Below are positions 9,290 through 17,542 of a DNA stretch of 53,252 nt, piece by piece. Made by a program: the position numbers and the translations under genes. Within the stretch, counting starts at the first letter, position 1, and each line of letters opens with the position of its first letter. The notes below the pieces were generated by a model. That model made no database searches. It had not been told where the DNA came from and was given only the letters and a program-made list of their open reading frames with translations. Source of the DNA: a virus (lineage: Duplodnaviria > Caudoviricetes). The stretch covers positions 1-53,252 of IMG/VR virus record IMGVR_UViG_3300013132_000065; one strand, written 5' to 3'.

Positions 9290-10066
9290 ATGATACGACT
9301 ACGTCAATTATTACAAGAATTTGAAGTTGGAAAGCATCTATGGGCTGATGAAGATATATATAAATCGGCTCGTTCAAAACAAGCAAAATTCCTTCAAGCA
9401 CTATACCATGGTGCATGGGAACCTAATACTCCGGAAGAGCTAGCGGCCTGGCGTGAGATATATTACTACGTAATGACGAGTAAAAAGAGCCCGAACTTTA
9501 TAAAGATCTTAGACGATCTACTCGCTCTTAAGTCAAAATTTCCTAAAATACTTGATCCAGAATTATCACCGAAAACTAAGCTTTATCGTGGAATGACTTT
9601 AGACGCGGAGCGTATAGTTGAGTTGTTATATGCTAGCAATTCAGTAACTAAAGCGACGGGCTGGCAAAATTTTGATGACGTTCTCGGAGGCACTGTTATA
9701 CGAATTGCGATTGATCGCCGCTTCATCAGGTCACGTAGCGCGAAATTTTTATCAATGTCTACTGAATATACAGTTGCTAAAAATTTTGCCAGGTGGCCTA
9801 TGACACGTGCCGGTATGATGGACGGTTCTAGATGGCCTCTTATTGCGGAAATAAATTATAGTGATATCGAGGCCTTAGCTTTAATGAATCCAAAATTCAT
9901 GAATACTTTTTCTGTGTTAGACGAAGAGGAAATTTGGGTAGTTGCTGACGCGGTACCTATTACAGCTTTATATATAACTGATCCTAGATCAATTGATGCT
10001 CCCACGGAATACAATGAGGCTCAGCGGATGATCGCGAATGCATTAAATCGCAAAAATCCGCATTAA
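9290..10066 (+). CDS. putative R-S-E ADP-ribosyltransferase, paralog 4
   Basis: MIRLRQLLQE leader; EPNTPEE, KFPKILDP, LYRG, FLSMSTEYTVAKNF, MNPKF, DEEEIW. Confidence 0.72.
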   Translation: MIRLRQLLQEFEVGKHLWADEDIYKSARSKQAKFLQALYHGAWEPNTPEELAAWREIYYYVMTSKKSPNFIKILDDLLALKSKFPKILDPELSPKTKLYRGMTLDAERIVELLYASNSVTKATGWQNFDDVLGGTVIRIAIDRRFIRSRSAKFLSMSTEYTVAKNFARWPMTRAGMMDGSRWPLIAEINYSDIEALALMNPKFMNTFSVLDEEEIWVVADAVPITALYITDPRSIDAPTEYNEAQRMIANALNRKNPH

Positions 10067-10124
10067 TCATTAACAACCCGTTTTTTATTGTACATATATT
10101 TATACTAAATAACTAGGAATTGTT

Positions 10125-10475
10125 ATGAAACAGTATAAGTCGAGACTCTTACGTGAGTATATTTCGCGAGAAATTCGTACTCAATTAAAAGAAAATGATA
10201 GCAAGAATTTCGCTTCGGATAGTCAGTCTGATTTAGATATTGGCCATGTCGATGATGAGCCGGGTATGATAAAAGCTGACTTATATCGAATTGCTAAATA
10301 TGCAGTAGAATTATATAAATTAGTATCTCATTTAGAAGAAACGGGTAAAGAGGTTGACTTTCCGCATTGGTGGCAAGCTGATATCATTGAAGCTAAGGAT
10401 CGTATGATCAATGCTAAACACTATGTCCATGGCGAGCTGAATATGCCAGGATTTGATAAAATGTTAGGGCTATGA
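10125..10475 (+). CDS. hypothetical phage protein, possibly head-associated
   Basis: LLREYISREIRTQLKE leader; DDEPGMIK...FPHWWQADI...AKHYVHGE; ATATTTAT at 10096. Confidence 0.7.
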   Translation: MKQYKSRLLREYISREIRTQLKENDSKNFASDSQSDLDIGHVDDEPGMIKADLYRIAKYAVELYKLVSHLEETGKEVDFPHWWQADIIEAKDRMINAKHYVHGELNMPGFDKMLGL

Positions 10476-10783
10476 AAGTTATATATAGTATAGTTGCATG
10501 TATATGCTTATTAGTTAGTTGCACATCATCATCACATATGCAATGTGATGAAGTATATTCATATGATTATAATTGCCCAGAACGCGATTATTATAATTTT
10601 AATGTATACCGCGCGTATTATCCAAATACCGAGACAGTATACTTTGTGCCCTATTATGTGCCAAACACACACGAGCCGAAATGTAATGATCATGCAACGC
10701 CTAGTAGGGAAATTATAACGGGGCGCCGGCCATCTTTATCATCTCACCGTACTAATAAACGCCCTGAGACAAATGAACAATGA
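10472..10783 (+). CDS. small lipoprotein
   Basis: MKVIYSIVACICLLVSC signal peptide and lipobox. Confidence 0.65.
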   Translation: MKVIYSIVACICLLVSCTSSSHMQCDEVYSYDYNCPERDYYNFNVYRAYYPNTETVYFVPYYVPNTHEPKCNDHATPSREIITGRRPSLSSHRTNKRPETNEQ

Positions 10784-11532
10784 GGCTATTACATTTATTG
10801 CATGAGTTTGAATATGGTGAAAATTTATTTGCCGATCCTAGTCATTATAGCAATGTACAGACTACATCTGACTTAAATATCATTGGCTATCGTAACTATG
10901 CAGATATAGAAACTGATACTGAGGATGAGACGCGCGCGTTAGAATTACTCGATGTATTTTATTCTGGTGATTTTGTCAACTTAGATGAAACCGCATTGTA
11001 TAAACTCATCGCACCACTAAAAAAACTTAAATCAAAATTTCCAAAAATATTAGACCCACGTACTAGTCCCGGTATTGGGCAAATGGTGTACCGCGGTGCA
11101 ACTATATCTTTAGATTTAGTTAAAGATATGCCGTATACGGTCGCTGGCAGCAATATTATACTTGAAGTGCCTAAAAATTTTAAAGTACGGCCGCAATCTG
11201 GACGGCCTATACACTCTTTTAGTATTAAACGGTATATGGCAGTTAATTATGCATTAAATCAAACATTAATGTCAGTAGAAAATCCAAGCCGTGTACCAGC
11301 TATAATTTGCGTAGATGTAAATGATCCTAATTTATTATTTTCAACTCGTTTTTCAGAGCTACATAGTATATATAGAGAAGAAGAAGAAGTATTTTATGCT
11401 AACTATGATATTACAGTAAACGAGTTAATTCTAAAGTCAGCAATTATAGAAGATATATATAAAGAACATGCTAATAGCAGTAATCATGTTGTACGCAGTG
11501 TATATACTAAATGGTATAATGCTATCAATTAA
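10780..11532 (+). CDS. putative R-S-E ADP-ribosyltransferase, paralog 5
   Basis: MRLLHLLHEFEYG leader; KFPKILDP, VYRG, IHSFS, REEEEVF. Confidence 0.68.
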   Translation: MRLLHLLHEFEYGENLFADPSHYSNVQTTSDLNIIGYRNYADIETDTEDETRALELLDVFYSGDFVNLDETALYKLIAPLKKLKSKFPKILDPRTSPGIGQMVYRGATISLDLVKDMPYTVAGSNIILEVPKNFKVRPQSGRPIHSFSIKRYMAVNYALNQTLMSVENPSRVPAIICVDVNDPNLLFSTRFSELHSIYREEEEVFYANYDITVNELILKSAIIEDIYKEHANSSNHVVRSVYTKWYNAIN

Positions 11533-11543
11533 TATTTATTAAT

Positions 11544-13280
11544 ATGATAAGTTTAATTCAACTATTACGAGAAATACGTTTATTTGAAAAAAATAAAACG
11601 GTAGATTTTTTCCGAAAAAATCCTAATCTATTAAAACAGTTTACTGTGCCAGACCCAGGAAACAAGAATATTAACGCTGCTGATTATTACCCAAGCCCGA
11701 CGGGGAAGGAGTCGAGACTCAGCCGAGTTGCTTTAGAAATGCTAGAAAAAGCATTTCCACATAAGTTCAATGACCGACTTTTCAAAACGCTATGGGAATA
11801 CGATTATTTGGTTAAAACAATTATCAAAGCCCCAACATATCAAGAGTTGCTAGATAAACACTTAGATGTTTTACCGACAAATGAAAAGGGGGAACCATGG
11901 ATGGATTATATGGATCATGAATTCATGTCCACAAATTACAATAAAATACGGCGAATAGCTCGAGCAGCAGTTGCCAAATCGGCAGGTTTGAGTCATATAG
12001 GTAGAAAGCGTTATGTCAAAGCTATGTATAAATTAGGGCTAGATCCGAATGACGTCGAGGCCGCAATGTCATGGGTAGGTTATTACACAGGCGGCAGTTA
12101 TCGTAAACTTCCTAAGGAGATATTTGAAACACTACAGCAATTATCCGTTGATCCTAGTCGTTTACCAAAATATATATATCGTGGACTTTTTTATGATGGT
12201 GCTAAGATTAAAGATCAAGAAAAGTTTTTAAGTAAATGGAAAGAAGGCTCAATGCCTAAAGAAGCATTACGTAAAGCTACTAGTTTTTCTGGAGATAAAG
12301 GCACTGCAATTAACTTTATGGTGAACCAAGACAAAGTTAAAGATGCTAAATCGGGATATCATATCCTACTAAAATGGAAAGTTCGCCCAGAGGCTGTTGT
12401 CGCTGATTTACGAAACTTACCTGTCGATACAAGGTTTTGGAACCAACATGAATTCATAGTACATCCGGATGTTAAAGACTATGTCGTAGATAAACTTATA
12501 CCATATAAAGATTCTACCGATTATGCCTCCTATAGCGATACACCATATGTTAAATTTCAAGACGCGACAAAAGGCGGATTTGGAGCGTACGGGCTGGATA
12601 AGCCTGATACACTGAAAACATTTTTATTATCACCGTATGATAAATACAGTACTAACGAAAAAATTGCATATAAGCAATTATACAATATGACTGTACAGGA
12701 AGTACAGCAAGAATACACAATGTTTCGTAATTATTATGAAGATGCTTTTCAGAAGATAAAAAATGCAGTACTGCCAGTATATGTAGTTAGCGACGCGCTA
12801 GTTTTTAGCGGCGGTGGAAAAGATTTCACGTTTAGCAAAGTTCATACCGGATCTACGCGAAATACTCTAGAATTTCAAATATTTGTACGTTTAAGTTATT
12901 ATTCCGCAGATAACAGTACAGAACTATTCGGGCCTGAGGTAACTGCAATGTTGCAACGCAATTATATAGATTCGGGTAAATTTAAATCAATGCGTGATGT
13001 ATTTAATGCATTAGAGAATAGTATGAAACAACCAACTGGTTATAGTTCACTTACATTACGCCCAGGCGGCGGTTATTATAGCATGAAATTTGATTTAGAA
13101 CTTCCAAAATCATTTATACTAGATGATATACCAGGTGACCGTTACAACGCCGCCGGCATATCAATTTGGGAAGATATCATGAAGATTTTTGACGGTAAAA
13201 TGATAGCTGATCGATGCCGAGAAATAGTTTCTAGAAACCTTAAAAGACTTCCACCGACAGTAAAAATTTCAGTAAAATGA
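11544..13280 (+). CDS. large multidomain ADP-ribosyltransferase-like protein (QxE type)
   Basis: MISLIQLLRE leader; YYTGGSY, YIYRG, ATSFSGDKGTAINF, NQHEFIV; about 250 aa C-terminal extension. Confidence 0.7.
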   Translation: MISLIQLLREIRLFEKNKTVDFFRKNPNLLKQFTVPDPGNKNINAADYYPSPTGKESRLSRVALEMLEKAFPHKFNDRLFKTLWEYDYLVKTIIKAPTYQELLDKHLDVLPTNEKGEPWMDYMDHEFMSTNYNKIRRIARAAVAKSAGLSHIGRKRYVKAMYKLGLDPNDVEAAMSWVGYYTGGSYRKLPKEIFETLQQLSVDPSRLPKYIYRGLFYDGAKIKDQEKFLSKWKEGSMPKEALRKATSFSGDKGTAINFMVNQDKVKDAKSGYHILLKWKVRPEAVVADLRNLPVDTRFWNQHEFIVHPDVKDYVVDKLIPYKDSTDYASYSDTPYVKFQDATKGGFGAYGLDKPDTLKTFLLSPYDKYSTNEKIAYKQLYNMTVQEVQQEYTMFRNYYEDAFQKIKNAVLPVYVVSDALVFSGGGKDFTFSKVHTGSTRNTLEFQIFVRLSYYSADNSTELFGPEVTAMLQRNYIDSGKFKSMRDVFNALENSMKQPTGYSSLTLRPGGGYYSMKFDLELPKSFILDDIPGDRYNAAGISIWEDIMKIFDGKMIADRCREIVSRNLKRLPPTVKISVK

Positions 13281-13729
13281 TTAAGCTAAAGTTGTTATTA
13301 GAAAATACATATTCATCATGGGTACGGCCGTCAATTGACTCATTAAAGCAAGAATTTCGCGTTGAACATGAACTTAAAGGCCATTCTTGGTTTGCAGATG
13401 AAACAGAATTTCTTGAAGCAGCGCGCCGCGCAAAAGCCATAACTATAACGCCGGCAATTGATAGAAAAATTGATTATCGTAGTGGCACAAAAACATATGA
13501 TCAATTAGTTAGATTGCTACAAGGCTATAAGTCTTGGGGTAAATATCGCAGTGAAGAAAAATTGCAAAACATGTATGCTCGACTACGCGACAATTTAGAC
13601 ATGGATATGCCAATCGTATTAAAGTTTCCTAATGGCAGTATGCGCGTGTTCGGCGGCAATACTCGCATGGACATAGCATTTCAGTTAGGTATCAATCCCA
13701 AAGTATTAATGATTGAAGTTCCTTCATAA
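13277..13729 (+). CDS. ParB/sulfiredoxin-like domain protein
   Basis: MIKLKLLLE leader; PIVLK...RVFGGNTRM resembles the ParB/Srx GxxR motif. Confidence 0.6.
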   Translation: MIKLKLLLENTYSSWVRPSIDSLKQEFRVEHELKGHSWFADETEFLEAARRAKAITITPAIDRKIDYRSGTKTYDQLVRLLQGYKSWGKYRSEEKLQNMYARLRDNLDMDMPIVLKFPNGSMRVFGGNTRMDIAFQLGINPKVLMIEVPS

Positions 13730-13769
13730 TTTTTTTTGAATATCGGTAAATTATTTATATAATACTGAT

Positions 13770-13970
13770 ATGTTCGAGTTTATCGCATTATATTTTTTAA
13801 TTGGAATATTGGCTACAATTTGTTTTGAATTGGCAATAAATCAATTTGAAATTGATATAATTACTAATTCTGACAGACTGTTTGCAATTATCTTATGGCC
13901 GCTGTGGGCGTTAATATTCATAGTCTCATTCGTTACAACGGTTATAACAAATTTTACAAAAAAAAGCTGA
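13770..13970 (+). CDS. small membrane protein
   Basis: Two hydrophobic segments, ILWPLW motif. Confidence 0.65.
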   Translation: MFEFIALYFLIGILATICFELAINQFEIDIITNSDRLFAIILWPLWALIFIVSFVTTVITNFTKKS

Positions 13971-13977
13971 TAAAATA

Positions 13978-14009
13978 TTTGTCTTTAGTATACAATGTTC
14001 TTATCTTTA
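13978..14009 (+). promoter_or_regulatory. Bacteroidota sigma70-type promoter
   Basis: TTTG-N20-TATCTTTA. Confidence 0.7.
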
Positions 14010-14028
14010 TGATAGAAGGATAAATAAA

Positions 14029-14184
14029 ATGAAAAAACAAATTAAAGCAGACAGCATTCAATTAATTGAATCATACCTAGCAGATGAAAGTAAATCAATT
14101 GGCGAGGTTGGTATGAGTGGCACGTTAGTGCATGCACGAAAGACGTTCAAACAATTATTAGAAATTTTAAAAACCTCTAAATAA
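14029..14184 (+). CDS. small hypothetical protein (51 aa, not in ORF track)
   Basis: MKKQIKADSIQLIESYLADESK...EILKTSK*; follows a promoter and fills the gap. Confidence 0.65.
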   Translation: MKKQIKADSIQLIESYLADESKSIGEVGMSGTLVHARKTFKQLLEILKTSK

Positions 14185-14188
14185 AAAA

Positions 14189-14440
14189 GTGATGCAACAT
14201 TTTATTGACTACGCTCTCTCCCGTTATTCATGGAGCTGGTGCCCTGATCTTAAAGTAGCATTTATTCATGAAAAGGATCAAGACGGTAACGATATTGTAG
14301 AAATTACATCTATTTTTACCGAGAGCGGCGATGAGATTACCGATATTGTTCGTTATGAATTATTCAATGACATTGAAATGTATATCTATGATAATCTCGA
14401 ATCATACGCTGATGATCATGTAGACGATGAAGCTAAATAA
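14189..14440 (+). CDS. acidic hypothetical protein
   Basis: 83 aa ORF in operon context. Confidence 0.65.
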   Translation: MMQHFIDYALSRYSWSWCPDLKVAFIHEKDQDGNDIVEITSIFTESGDEITDIVRYELFNDIEMYIYDNLESYADDHVDDEAK

Positions 14441-14449
14441 ATTTCATTA

Positions 14450-14776
14450 ATGAGACATATTTTATATGCTATTTCAGCATTTATATTAATCGTCATCTGT
14501 AGTAATTTAGTAATTTGGATGACAAGTACCCGTGATATATCAGCAATAGTAGTACTTAAAGAAGTGGTTGTATATAAAGTAGATGAGCAGTACATACATT
14601 ATTATTTAATCTATACCGACCAAGGCGTATTTAAACTTGATAACAATACCACATCAAATGGCGTACCATGCAATGATTGGTATAGTTCATTAGAGTCATA
14701 TCAGCGGTATAATATGACTGTACATGGGTATCGTAACGAAATGTTAGGTCTTTATCCAAAGGTTATCAGTTTTTAA
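14450..14776 (+). CDS. membrane-anchored hypothetical phage protein
   Basis: N-terminal TM segment; YLIYTDQGVF...VHGYR...LYP pattern. Confidence 0.65.
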   Translation: MRHILYAISAFILIVICSNLVIWMTSTRDISAIVVLKEVVVYKVDEQYIHYYLIYTDQGVFKLDNNTTSNGVPCNDWYSSLESYQRYNMTVHGYRNEMLGLYPKVISF

Positions 14777-14792
14777 TTAAAAAATATTCGCA

Positions 14793-14981
14793 ATGTCATT
14801 TGATGATTCAATATCGATTCTGTTGAATTTAGGTTGGATTGAAGTTGTAGGTGTTAATCACGAAGGCGAGTTTTTGTATGAATTGACCCCAACTGGGACT
14901 GCAGAGTTGCAAGATGCAATTTATGTATTTGATACGTATTTTTCTAACATATATATGTTACCACCGGACCGAGTTAATTAA
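14793..14981 (+). CDS. small protein, possibly winged-helix-like
   Basis: LLNLGWIEV...YELTPTG. Confidence 0.55.
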   Translation: MSFDDSISILLNLGWIEVVGVNHEGEFLYELTPTGTAELQDAIYVFDTYFSNIYMLPPDRVN

Positions 14982-15031
14982 TTAGTTTGCATATTTATAC
15001 AAAAAATAGTATAAATTTATGGACTAGTTAC

Positions 15032-15397
15032 ATGACGCATAAAGAATTTTTTGTATGGTTATCTGGATTTTTGTCAGCGGTAGAATCTAACACGTTATTC
15101 GAAATAATTAAACGGCAAATGGCCGAGGTTGAAGAAACTAAATTTATCGTATCACATCCAGATATTACCGTAAAACAGCCTGCGATACCAGAACCGGCAG
15201 TCGAAGAAACTTCGGCTGTTACGGACGTTATAGTCGAACCTGAACCTATTGTCGAGCCCGAACCTGTCACTGAACCTGAACCTATTGTTATATCTAATCG
15301 CAAATCACCGTTTTATTCGTCAGCCGCTCCGGATAAAAAAAAAGTAGTTGAGCAGGTTCCGGAACTCAGTAAACCAAGATTATTGTATAGGATATAA
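15032..15397 (+). CDS. hypothetical protein with EPEP repeats
   Basis: MTHKEFFVWLSGFL start; three VEPEPI-like repeats; ATATTTAT at 14991. Confidence 0.7.
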   Translation: MTHKEFFVWLSGFLSAVESNTLFEIIKRQMAEVEETKFIVSHPDITVKQPAIPEPAVEETSAVTDVIVEPEPIVEPEPVTEPEPIVISNRKSPFYSSAAPDKKKVVEQVPELSKPRLLYRI

Positions 15398-15399
15398 TA

Positions 15400-15627
15400 A
15401 TGCCAGCGGTAAGCAAACAGCAACAAAAATTCTTTGGAGTAGTAAAATCAATGCAACAAGGAGATATGCCAGCTCGCGGGGCGGCGGGTAAAGTTGCTAA
15501 AACTATGAGTAAGTCAGATGTGGATAAGTTTGCTAGTACAAAGCACGATAAATTGCCTAATAAACTACGGGAGATGGTGATTAATATAATTCGTGAAGAA
15601 CTAATAAAACTACGAAAAAAAAGGTAA
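15400..15627 (+). CDS. DUF3008-like small protein with C-terminal IIREE motif
   Basis: MPAVSKQQQKFFG...MSKSDVDKFASTKHDKLP. Confidence 0.7.
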   Translation: MPAVSKQQQKFFGVVKSMQQGDMPARGAAGKVAKTMSKSDVDKFASTKHDKLPNKLREMVINIIREELIKLRKKR

Positions 15628-15632
15628 TTATC

Positions 15633-16361
15633 ATGGGTATAATGAATGTCAAGTTTATGCAGTATACAATATTAGTGTTGACTTATTTACTGTTGTTATC
15701 GTGTGATAAACAGGCATATGTACATGATAATACGATCGATCATAGTGTTGAATTAATTCAGGCTTATGAACCTAACTTACCTGAAAGCGTTATACAACAA
15801 GCAAGGGGTAGTCGGCTAAAATCAAATTTTTTATCAGTAACGCCGGATACCGTCTATACATCAAATGATTTACTAGATTTTTTATCGGTATATGGCACTA
15901 TAGTACCGGACATAACACCTGAATTCGTTAATTATTACCAGGATATTGGCTCTGGCCATACTAACGCTAAGTTAGATAACTTAACAATGCCAGAAGATGA
16001 AAATAGAATTTATGAGTGGTTCATTAATAATATACTGGTATACACAGGGTATAACTTGCCGTTAGTTGCAACTGCTAATTTGCTTGAATGTGAAGGTGTT
16101 ATGATGATCAAACTTAAAGTAACGGATCCTGTGACATTGGCTGAGTATGAACGAGAACAATGGTCTTATATAGAATACCTTTTTATTCCGGACAGCGTGG
16201 CATGCGACTGTACTGATTGTCCGTTATATTGGGATGTAATTCCAATACCGCCCACCCCGGGGCCGTATGATTATCAGACAAAACATGCTAAATGGGACTT
16301 AAATTATGATAATGTCATTAATGTTAATGACTTACTTATATTGTTAGCCTATTATAGTTAA
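15633..16361 (+). CDS. lipoprotein with dockerin/EF-hand-like C-terminus
   Basis: LLLSCDKQ lipobox; WDLNYDNVINVNDLLILLAYY. Confidence 0.7.
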   Translation: MGIMNVKFMQYTILVLTYLLLLSCDKQAYVHDNTIDHSVELIQAYEPNLPESVIQQARGSRLKSNFLSVTPDTVYTSNDLLDFLSVYGTIVPDITPEFVNYYQDIGSGHTNAKLDNLTMPEDENRIYEWFINNILVYTGYNLPLVATANLLECEGVMMIKLKVTDPVTLAEYEREQWSYIEYLFIPDSVACDCTDCPLYWDVIPIPPTPGPYDYQTKHAKWDLNYDNVINVNDLLILLAYYS

Positions 16362-16372
16362 CTAGGAGTGAA

Positions 16373-17506
16373 ATGAAAAAAGTATTACTGTTACTATTGC
16401 TAAATATGTTTGCATTTTTTTTGGTAGCACAAGAAGAATGTGGCACTACTACATCTAAAATTGAGTATAATAAAGCTAGCCGACATGCTAAAAGTATGGC
16501 CATGGCTAGATCATCTGGTACTGTACAACTTAAAGAAATTCCTATTGTTTTTCATATTTTTTATTCTGAGTCAATAGCCAATTCGTATGTTCCTCGCGAG
16601 GCCGTGGTTGAGGCATTTTATGACATAAATAGAAATTTTATAGGAACAAAATTTAGATTTCGGTTAGTTGATATTAAATATCAAAACTTAGCTGAATTTG
16701 CGTGGCATAATGATTTCTTAAACGGTAGTACTAATTTACCTAATAAAAATCATGGCAGAATGCATGATTTAGCTAATAGTACTTATTTAGACCCCAATTC
16801 TCACTTAAATATTTATATTTGCCCAAAATTTAGTACAGCCGGGCTTAAAGGGTTTTCATTTACTACTCCATATGCCCCAGTTGTAGGGCAAGGATTAAAA
16901 CCTGCTGACGGCGTTTGGATTAGAACTGATGTATTTGGCGTTAATCTTCCATATTTAGCTCAGTACAATACATTAAACAAAATAGTCGTTCATGAGATAG
17001 GCCATTATTTGGGACTATTTCATACATTTCAAGGCAGTGCCGGGTGTGATCCAGATGTCTTACCTTTAGATTGTGCAACTACAGGCGATCTAGTATGTGA
17101 CACGCCTCCTATAAAATCTTCGGTTATAGCAAATCACTGCAATCCTAGATGTCCTGACAATTGGACGCCTGGGATGCCATGGGAATCTTATACCTATGAT
17201 AACTTTATGGATTATTTAGCCGATAATTGTAGATATAGTTTTACTGCTGGCCAGATTGATCGAATGCACCAGCATGTTATACAACAACGTCCCGATGTTT
17301 ATCAAACTATAACTGTACAACAGCAAGTTGATTTAGATAGGAACTATAGTATAGGTTCATCCGATATGTTATTATTGTTATCTTGTATAAATCAACCTAT
17401 AGAATCTAAAGATTGCTATTTATGTGACTTTGATTTTAATAAAGTAGTAGGCGTATCCGACCTTCAACTTTTACTTTCCTTTATGGGAACTACTTACCCA
17501 AAGTAA
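16373..17506 (+). CDS. secreted M43 (pappalysin/ulilysin-type) zinc metalloprotease with dockerin-like domain
   Basis: Signal peptide, ECG propeptide Cys, IPIVFHI, HEIGHYLGLFHTF, Met-turn NFMDY, FTAGQIDRM; two Dx(D/N)x(D/N) loops. Confidence 0.85.
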   Translation: MKKVLLLLLLNMFAFFLVAQEECGTTTSKIEYNKASRHAKSMAMARSSGTVQLKEIPIVFHIFYSESIANSYVPREAVVEAFYDINRNFIGTKFRFRLVDIKYQNLAEFAWHNDFLNGSTNLPNKNHGRMHDLANSTYLDPNSHLNIYICPKFSTAGLKGFSFTTPYAPVVGQGLKPADGVWIRTDVFGVNLPYLAQYNTLNKIVVHEIGHYLGLFHTFQGSAGCDPDVLPLDCATTGDLVCDTPPIKSSVIANHCNPRCPDNWTPGMPWESYTYDNFMDYLADNCRYSFTAGQIDRMHQHVIQQRPDVYQTITVQQQVDLDRNYSIGSSDMLLLLSCINQPIESKDCYLCDFDFNKVVGVSDLQLLLSFMGTTYPK

Positions 17507-17542
17507 TCTATATTTATACATAGATTTACAAACTTTAATCAC

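Noticed and set aside
5450-11532. ART paralogs as diversity-generating retroelement targets or toxin-antitoxin pairs
   Set aside because: No reverse transcriptase or adenine-specific TR/VR pair is visible. The interspersed small genes are unrelated to one another and carry their own leader motif; none resembles a macrodomain or ADP-ribosylhydrolase. An immunity role cannot be fully excluded.
15232-15290. 18-bp tandem repeat
   Set aside because: It is an in-frame coding repeat for a VEPEPI low-complexity linker.
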